From: Nitrosopumilus maritimus SCM1
GTDB lineage: Archaea; Thermoproteota; Nitrososphaeria; Nitrososphaerales; Nitrosopumilaceae
Length of the DNA stretch: 32,000 bases
Direction: 5' to 3'
Assembly (NCBI RefSeq): GCF_000018465.1
Contig: NC_010085.1
Location: forward strand, 1,410,001 to 1,442,000
Positions 26,416 through 32,000 of this stretch are shown here, piece after piece. Both the position numbers and the translations under genes were made by a program. Within the stretch, counting starts at the first letter, position 1. Every line of letters begins with the position of its first letter. The notes under the pieces are model-generated. The model ran no database searches and had not been told where the DNA came from. It saw only the letters and a program-made list of their open reading frames with translations.

Positions 26416-27846
26416 CTACATTAATAAAACATCATGAGGCTGACTTTCTGCAAATCCAGCTCTTGACATTTTGATAAATTCTGCATTTTGTTGCATTTGC
26501 GGAATTGTATGAGCTCCACAATAACTCAAGCCAGAGCGAACACCGCCTGCAAGTTGTTTTAGAATATCAGTAACTGTTCCTTTGTAAGGAACCATAGCTT
26601 CAACTCCTTCTGCAACATAGTCATTTAGGTCATCTTCAAGTGAAATTGAGCCTGTTTCTTTTGATTTTCTACCAATTGAGGCTGCAAGAGAAGCCATTCC
26701 ACGATATACTTTGAAACGTTTACCGTTTTTAGTTAAAACTGTACCAGGTGATTCATCAGTTCCACCAAGCATACTTCCAACCATTACAGAAGATGCACCA
26801 GCAGCTAGAGCTTTTGTTGCATCACCAGATGTTCTAGTACCACCATCAGAGATAATTGGAATTCCATGATCATTTCCAATTTTTGCACAATCCATTACAG
26901 CAGTTAATTGTGGAACACCTGAACCAGTAATTACTCTAGTAATACAAATTGAACCAGAACCAACACCAACCTTTACTGCATCAACACCTGCTTTTATCAA
27001 ATCCTCAGCACCTTGAGCAGTTGCAATATTTCCAGCTATTAATTCACAGTCAGGAAATGCTTTCTTGATGTTACGAACTGTACTAATTGCATTTTCACTA
27101 TGACCATGTGCAATATCAACAACAAGAACATCAGCACCTGCATTTAACAAAGATTCACTTCTCTCCAAAAAGTCACCTTTGACACCAACTGCAGCTCCAA
27201 CTAAGGGTCTGCCTTTCTTATCTTTAGATGCATTTGGATAATCAGTATTATTTGTAATATCCTTACTAGTGATTAATCCTTGTATAATACCAGAATCATC
27301 AACGATTGGGAGTTTTTCAATTCTGTGTTTATGTAAAATGTCTTTTGCTTCATCCAAGGATACACCTGGTTTTGCAGTAACAACATCCTTTGTCATTACA
27401 TCAGCAATTGTTCCGTTTGAACCAGCAAAAAGTAAATCTCTTTCAGTGACAATTCCCACTAATTTGGAATTTGAATCAACAACTAACAAACCAGAAATTT
27501 CTTTGTCTTCAGCATAATCTAATGCATCTTGGATGGATTTGTCTGATGAAATAGAATATGGATTCTCGATCATAACGCTGCCTGAACGTTTTACCTTTAG
27601 CACTTCATTTGCCTGCTCCTGAATAGTCAAAAATCTATGAATAATTCCTATTCCTCCAGCACGAGCCATAGCTACAGCCATAGATGACTCTGTAACAGTA
27701 TCCATATTTGCACTCACAAAGGGGATGTTAATTGTGATGTTTCGAGATAATTTTGTGGTCAGATCGGTCTGACTTCTACTCGTAATATCTGAATATTTGG
27801 GTACAAGAAGAACATCATCAAAAGTTAATCCTTCTTTGAATTCCAA
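26416..27846 (-). CDS. guaB: Inosine-5'-monophosphate dehydrogenase with CBS pair
   Basis: 476 aa. Motifs [17 protein letters not shown], catalytic loop [19 protein letters not shown]. Starts at TTG 27846 (in-frame stop at 27879..27877; the first in-frame ATG is residue 48). Confidence 0.95.
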   Translation of the reverse strand: MEFKEGLTFDDVLLVPKYSDITSRSQTDLTTKLSRNITINIPFVSANMDTVTESSMAVAMARAGGIGIIHRFLTIQEQANEVLKVKRSGSVMIENPYSISSDKSIQDALDYAEDKEISGLLVVDSNSKLVGIVTERDLLFAGSNGTIADVMTKDVVTAKPGVSLDEAKDILHKHRIEKLPIVDDSGIIQGLITSKDITNNTDYPNASKDKKGRPLVGAAVGVKGDFLERSESLLNAGADVLVVDIAHGHSENAISTVRNIKKAFPDCELIAGNIATAQGAEDLIKAGVDAVKVGVGSGSICITRVITGSGVPQLTAVMDCAKIGNDHGIPIISDGGTRTSGDATKALAAGASSVMVGSMLGGTDESPGTVLTKNGKRFKVYRGMASLAASIGRKSKETGSISLEDDLNDYVAEGVEAMVPYKGTVTDILKQLAGGVRSGLSYCGAHTIPQMQQNAEFIKMSRAGFAESQPHDVLLM

Positions 27847-27891
27847 TGAAACCTTGTTAAGAAAGTTGAATATTGATTATAAGCCTTTGTG

Positions 27892-28749
27892 TTATTTTTT
27901 CAGGTTTGATGCTATTGTTATTGCATCTTTTGTAGCATTTACGTTATGTGTACGTATAATGTCTGCACCATTAACTACAGATATTGCTTCAGCAGCAATA
28001 GATCCAAACAAGCGATCAGATGGATCTTTTTGTAAAATTTCTCCAAGAAAGGATTTGTTTGAAACTGAGATCAAAACTGGATAGTTTCCTTTGATAGAAT
28101 TCAAATTTTGGATTATAGTTAGATCTCTTTTAACCCAATCAGATTTGATTTTGGTGAAAAATGGTCCGTTTCCTTTTTTTCTAAAAAATCCAATTGAAGG
28201 ATCTAACACAATTTTTTCAGAGGGCACATGAGATTTTTTTGCAATCTTCAAGCTTTCTTGAAGTAATTTTTTTGTAGACATAAGATTGCCCGTTACGGTT
28301 TTTGAACTAAAAGCACACAAGATTAATGATGGCGAAAAATCTGAAATTACATCTTTCATTTTTTCATCATATTTTAAACCAGAAATATCATTGATGATTT
28401 CCACACCATTCTCTAAGGCATCTCTAGCAGGTTTTGCCCTACATGTATCAACAGATATTGGAATATTAGATACATCTTGAATAATTTTTACTGCTTCAAG
28501 TATTCTCTTTGATTCAGTTTTTTCAGATACCATAGTAGAAAGATAGGGTGCAGTAGACATTCCACCTACATCGATAAAATCTACACCATCATTTTCCATT
28601 TCTTTAATAGAATTCTTTATCTGAGTTTTAGTAGTTTGAATAGATTTTTTATAAAATGACTCAGGACTAGTGTTCAAAATACCCATGATGCGAACTGGAT
28701 TTTTACCTCCAACACCCACTTTTGCAATTCTAGTCACATGATTTATCAA
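27892..28749 (-). CDS. folP: Dihydropteroate synthase (pterin-binding domain)
   Basis: MGILNTSPESFY, DVGGMSTAPY, ISVDT, INDISG, DPSIGF, SNKSFLG, IIRTHNV. The start is uncertain: TTG 28749, GTG 28737 or ATG 28686. Confidence 0.85.
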   Translation of the reverse strand: MINHVTRIAKVGVGGKNPVRIMGILNTSPESFYKKSIQTTKTQIKNSIKEMENDGVDFIDVGGMSTAPYLSTMVSEKTESKRILEAVKIIQDVSNIPISVDTCRAKPARDALENGVEIINDISGLKYDEKMKDVISDFSPSLILCAFSSKTVTGNLMSTKKLLQESLKIAKKSHVPSEKIVLDPSIGFFRKKGNGPFFTKIKSDWVKRDLTIIQNLNSIKGNYPVLISVSNKSFLGEILQKDPSDRLFGSIAAEAISVVNGADIIRTHNVNATKDAITIASNLKK

Positions 28750-28771
28750 AAACTAATGCAATTTGAGTCAT

Positions 28772-29506
28772 ATGATGATTTCAGGTTGGAAAGCAAAGTA
28801 TGCAGATATTCTAAAGGAATTCAAATATGATGAGAAAAAAGACAAGGAATCAGCCATATTATTAGATACAATTCTGAAAAAATCAAAAACCATCAAAAAA
28901 ATTCAGGATCTAATTCAAGGAAATACAGTATTGGTAATAGGTTCTGGCCCTTCATTATCACATGCAATTCCAAAATTAAAGAAATTAAAGAGAGTAATCA
29001 TAATTGCAGCTGATAGTTCGTTAAAGCCGTTATTGGAAAATGGAATTGTTCCAGATATTGTTGTAACAGATTTAGATGGAGATGAAAAATCGTTTAAAAA
29101 AATTGCAAAAAGATCAATCTTTGTAGTTCATGCACATGGAGATAATATTGAGAAATTAGAATTTGTAAAAAAATTCAAAAATTGTGTCGGTACTACACAA
29201 ACTAAACCATTTAACAAAATAGAAAATTTTGGAGGATTTACAGATGGAGATAGAGGAGTTTTTCTAGCAAGTTATTTTGAAGCAAAAAAAATTATTCTTT
29301 TTGGCATGGATTTTGGTGACAGGATAGGAAAATTTTCAAATACAAAAAAATCTGAAAGGAAAATAAAATTAATGAAGTTAAAAAAAGGAAAATTACTCTT
29401 AGAGTGGTTATCTACAAAGACAAAATCAGAACTATTTACTACTTCAACTAGTATCAAAGGATTTGAGAAAATTCCATACAAAAGCCTGGATATTATAATT
29501 ACCTAG
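28772..29506 (+). CDS. mptE: MptE-like (DUF115) 6-hydroxymethyl-7,8-dihydropterin pyrophosphokinase
   Basis: VLVIGSGPSL, IIAADSS, VVTDLDGD, HAHGDN, GFTDGDR. I prefer ATG 28772 over the track start at TTG 28763, because a TATA-like TTTATCA lies about 27 nt upstream. Confidence 0.7.
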   Translation: MMISGWKAKYADILKEFKYDEKKDKESAILLDTILKKSKTIKKIQDLIQGNTVLVIGSGPSLSHAIPKLKKLKRVIIIAADSSLKPLLENGIVPDIVVTDLDGDEKSFKKIAKRSIFVVHAHGDNIEKLEFVKKFKNCVGTTQTKPFNKIENFGGFTDGDRGVFLASYFEAKKIILFGMDFGDRIGKFSNTKKSERKIKLMKLKKGKLLLEWLSTKTKSELFTTSTSIKGFEKIPYKSLDIIIT

Positions 29507-29541
29507 AATGCATTTAATACCCATTCCTCATTTATCAAATT

Positions 29542-30114
29542 ATGAAATTTTCAGAGGAACAAATGAAGGGAATTGTTACTTTGAAGGAAAGTTTGATCGA
29601 ACAAGTTGACAAACATCAAGAAGCAATAGAGGCTTTAGAAAAAAATATTACAATTTTAGATATGTTCCTAAAAGAATCTAGTTTTACCAAAGCATCACAA
29701 TTACCACCAGCAGAAAAAATCGAACCACAAAAAATCAAAGAATCAGTCAAAGAAGTACAAAATTCAATCCCAATTACGCAAGGAAAAGATGGTAAAGTCA
29801 TTGCTAATGCCTTTGTTACGCCTGAGCAGGTATCAATTGTGTTAGATGACAATGTAGAGATTAGTGCAGATACTCCTCCTTTCAAATCATTTTTCCTAGA
29901 CAGAATCATCGGTGAAATGAAAAAGAAAGACTCAACTGATGCAGAAAATGGAAAAATCCAAAGAGAATCAATGATAGATTACATCATTAACAAAAATGGT
30001 TCAGACATTAGAGAAATCATTATCAAAAATTACAGACAAAAAGAAAGAGTCAATGAATTGATCAATACCGCAGGATGGTCATTGTCAAGAATGCTGGAGA
30101 ATATTAACAAGTGA
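29542..30114 (+). CDS. Hypothetical protein (N-terminal coiled-coil-like helix; no Cys, no TM helix)
   Basis: 190-aa ORF between mptE and guaA on the same strand. A TATA-like TTTAATA at 29513..29519 lies about 26 nt upstream of the ATG. I recognise no family. Confidence 0.65.
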   Translation: MKFSEEQMKGIVTLKESLIEQVDKHQEAIEALEKNITILDMFLKESSFTKASQLPPAEKIEPQKIKESVKEVQNSIPITQGKDGKVIANAFVTPEQVSIVLDDNVEISADTPPFKSFFLDRIIGEMKKKDSTDAENGKIQRESMIDYIINKNGSDIREIIIKNYRQKERVNELINTAGWSLSRMLENINK

Positions 30115-30118
30115 TTAC

Positions 30119-31642
30119 ATGGACAAGATTGTAGTTTTAGATTTTGGATCACAGTATAGTCATTTGATTTGTAGAAGAATAAGAGAATTTTCAGTATATG
30201 CAGAACTAGTTCCTTTTGATATTAGCTATGAAGAGTTGCAAAAACACAATCCAAAAGGAATAATTTTTTCAGGCGGTCCATCTAGTGTTTATAGTTCTGA
30301 TGCACCAGTTCCAGAAAGTAAAATTTTTGATATGAATTTACCGTTACTTGGAATTTGTTACGGTCATCAATTAATTGTAAACAAGTACGGAGGTAAAGTA
30401 AAAAGAGCAAACAAAGAATACGGTTCCTCATTACTAACAATTGACAATGATAAAGATTTGCTAAATGGTGTCGGTGAATCAGTAAGGGCATGGATGAGTC
30501 ACGGGGATGAAGCTGAAGAAATTCCTCCAGGATTCCAAGTCATAGGACATACAGAAAGTGCAAAAGCAGCTGCAATAGCATCAGATGAAAAATCAGTTTA
30601 TGGAATTCAATTCCATCCAGAAGTTGTTCACACAGAACAAGGTACAGAAATTCTCAAAAATTTTGTGTTAAAAGTTTGTGGGGCAAAACAAGACTGGACA
30701 ATGGAGGGTTTTATCGATTCGGCAGTAGAAAAAATCTCAAAAATTGAGGGTAACGTGCTTTGTGGAGTCAGCGGAGGCATAGATTCCACTGTAGCGGCAT
30801 TGTTAATTCACAAAGCCATAGGAGACAGACTCAAGTGTGTTTTTGTCAATAATGGATTGCTTAGACTAAACGAAGAAACAGAGATTGAAACTATGTTCAA
30901 AGATAATTTCAATGTAAATTTTACATCAATTAACGCAGTAGATAGTTTTCTTGACAAGCTCAAAGGAGTTGAAGACCCAGAAAAGAAGAGAAAGATTGTT
31001 GGTGAAGAATTTGTTAATGTATTTACAGAATTTGCTGAAAAGAACGGTCCATTCAAATGGTTAGCTCAAGGAACTCTATATCCAGATGTGATTGAAAGCG
31101 GAGTTTCAAAAGGACCAGCTGATGTAATAAAATCACATCACAATGTAGGAGGACTACCTGACTGGCTCAATTTAGAAATTTTAGAGCCATTAAGAGAACT
31201 ATACAAAGATGAAGTAAGAATGATTGCAAAAATTCTTGAAGTTCCAGAAAAACTTTTCATGAGACATCCTTTCCCAGGACCAGGATTGGCTGTAAGAATC
31301 ATCGGAGAAGTTACACCAACAAAACTCCAAATCTCAAAAGTTGCAAGTAAAATTGTAGAAGACGAACTAGTTGAAGCCGGTCTGTATGGAAAAGTTTGGC
31401 AAGCTTATGCAGCAGTAGGAGATGATAGGGCAGTAGGTGTTGTTGGAGATGAGAGAAAATACGGAAATATTGTAATGATCAGAGTTGTTGATTCAATTGA
31501 TGCAATGACTGCAGATTGGACAAGATTACCACACGGATTGTTAGAAAAGATGAGCAACAGAATAACAAATGAGATTGAAGATGTAACTTGGGTGACATAT
31601 ACTATATCAAGCAAGCCTCCTGCCACAATTGAGCCTCAATAG
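30119..31642 (+). CDS. guaA: GMP synthase (glutamine-hydrolysing), single polypeptide with GATase and ATP-pyrophosphatase domains
   Basis: 507 aa. GATase GICYGHQL and QFHPE. PP-loop VSGGIDSTVAA. C-terminal dimerisation region ending ATIEPQ. Confidence 0.95.
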   Translation: MDKIVVLDFGSQYSHLICRRIREFSVYAELVPFDISYEELQKHNPKGIIFSGGPSSVYSSDAPVPESKIFDMNLPLLGICYGHQLIVNKYGGKVKRANKEYGSSLLTIDNDKDLLNGVGESVRAWMSHGDEAEEIPPGFQVIGHTESAKAAAIASDEKSVYGIQFHPEVVHTEQGTEILKNFVLKVCGAKQDWTMEGFIDSAVEKISKIEGNVLCGVSGGIDSTVAALLIHKAIGDRLKCVFVNNGLLRLNEETEIETMFKDNFNVNFTSINAVDSFLDKLKGVEDPEKKRKIVGEEFVNVFTEFAEKNGPFKWLAQGTLYPDVIESGVSKGPADVIKSHHNVGGLPDWLNLEILEPLRELYKDEVRMIAKILEVPEKLFMRHPFPGPGLAVRIIGEVTPTKLQISKVASKIVEDELVEAGLYGKVWQAYAAVGDDRAVGVVGDERKYGNIVMIRVVDSIDAMTADWTRLPHGLLEKMSNRITNEIEDVTWVTYTISSKPPATIEPQ

Positions 31643-31651
31643 GTGAACAAT

Positions 31652-32000
31652 ATGGAATATGAGAAAATTTGTGATGAGATTTTAGGATGTGATAAAAAAA
31701 TCAGATATGTTGGAGTGTATGATTATGGAGAATTACATGATAAAATGCGTCCAGGAGTAGAAAGTTTTCTATCAAGAGAAGAAACAGAGTTGTCATTATC
31801 TCAAGCAGTTTATCGTTGGTCAACACGTAAAAAAACATCAGATAAAATTGGAAAACCAGAATTTGCACTAGCAAAATATGAGAAAATCTACAGAGTAACA
31901 GTACCAGTTGGAGGTGCAGGGTTGATTTTGTTCAGTACAGAAGTAGATGCCAATGTAAATGAGATAATTGACAAAGTTATTGAAATCAAAAATAAATACT
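31652..32000 (+). CDS. Hypothetical protein, N-terminal part (continues past the window end)
   Basis: Absent from the ORF track. Manual translation from ATG 31652 gives 116 codons with no stop (MEYEKICDEILGCDKKIRYVGVYDYGELHDKMRPGVESFLSREETELSLSQAVYRW...). Starts 9 nt after the guaA stop. Confidence 0.55.
   Translation, partial: MEYEKICDEILGCDKKIRYVGVYDYGELHDKMRPGVESFLSREETELSLSQAVYRWSTRKKTSDKIGKPEFALAKYEKIYRVTVPVGGAGLILFSTEVDANVNEIIDKVIEIKNKY

Noticed and set aside
28772-28880. ATGATGA (C-box-like) strings at about 28772 and 28826 and a CTGA at about 28873, as a possible C/D-box sRNA
   Set aside because: They lie inside the mptE coding sequence. The spacing does not give the compact C-D'-C'-D layout of archaeal sRNAs, and no internal D'/C' boxes are present.
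1-32000. Search for CRISPR arrays, IS elements, integrases, toxin-antitoxin pairs or defence islands
   Set aside because: I found no regularly spaced direct repeats, no terminal inverted repeats and no transposase- or integrase-like translations in any frame. Apart from the envelope module, the window is core metabolism and translation genes.

Overview
This is an AT-rich, very tightly packed archaeal chromosome segment. The gene content points to a marine ammonia-oxidising thaumarchaeon (Nitrosopumilus-like): TiaS, Dph2, exosome Csl4, MptE-type HPPK, an A1:U72 initiator tRNA and TATA-type promoters. I see no rRNA, CRISPR array, transposase, integrase or pseudogene. Left to right the window holds: (i) a cell-envelope module on the minus strand, made of a 1734-aa extremely acidic multi-domain secreted protein (probable S-layer protein), a 334-aa signal-peptide/coiled-coil/C-terminal-TM protein, and the 5' part of a secreted subtilase; (ii) a translationally coupled pair of a threonine-synthase-family PLP enzyme and a MoaD-like/E1-like fusion protein; (iii) an 11-gene co-directional block: quinoprotein dehydrogenase, HMG-CoA reductase, then hisG-D-C-(HAD phosphatase)-B-H-A-F-I; (iv) initiator tRNA-Met, tiaS, dph2, a TPR protein, a crotonyl-CoA-reductase-like MDR enzyme, csl4 and pheA; (v) guaB, folP, mptE, an orphan gene and guaA. 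The best leads are: a SlaA/SlaB-like two-gene S-layer arrangement, in which the large protein has no anchor and the small neighbour has one; the ThrC-like plus Ubl-E1 fusion as a possible protein-thiocarboxylate sulfur-transfer route; the HAD phosphatase inside the his operon as the missing histidinol-phosphatase; several conserved genes that can only start at TTG; and a repeated TATA-box-to-start-codon spacing of about 25-30 nt that suggests leaderless mRNAs. All calls come from reading the supplied translations and sequence by eye. No database search was run.
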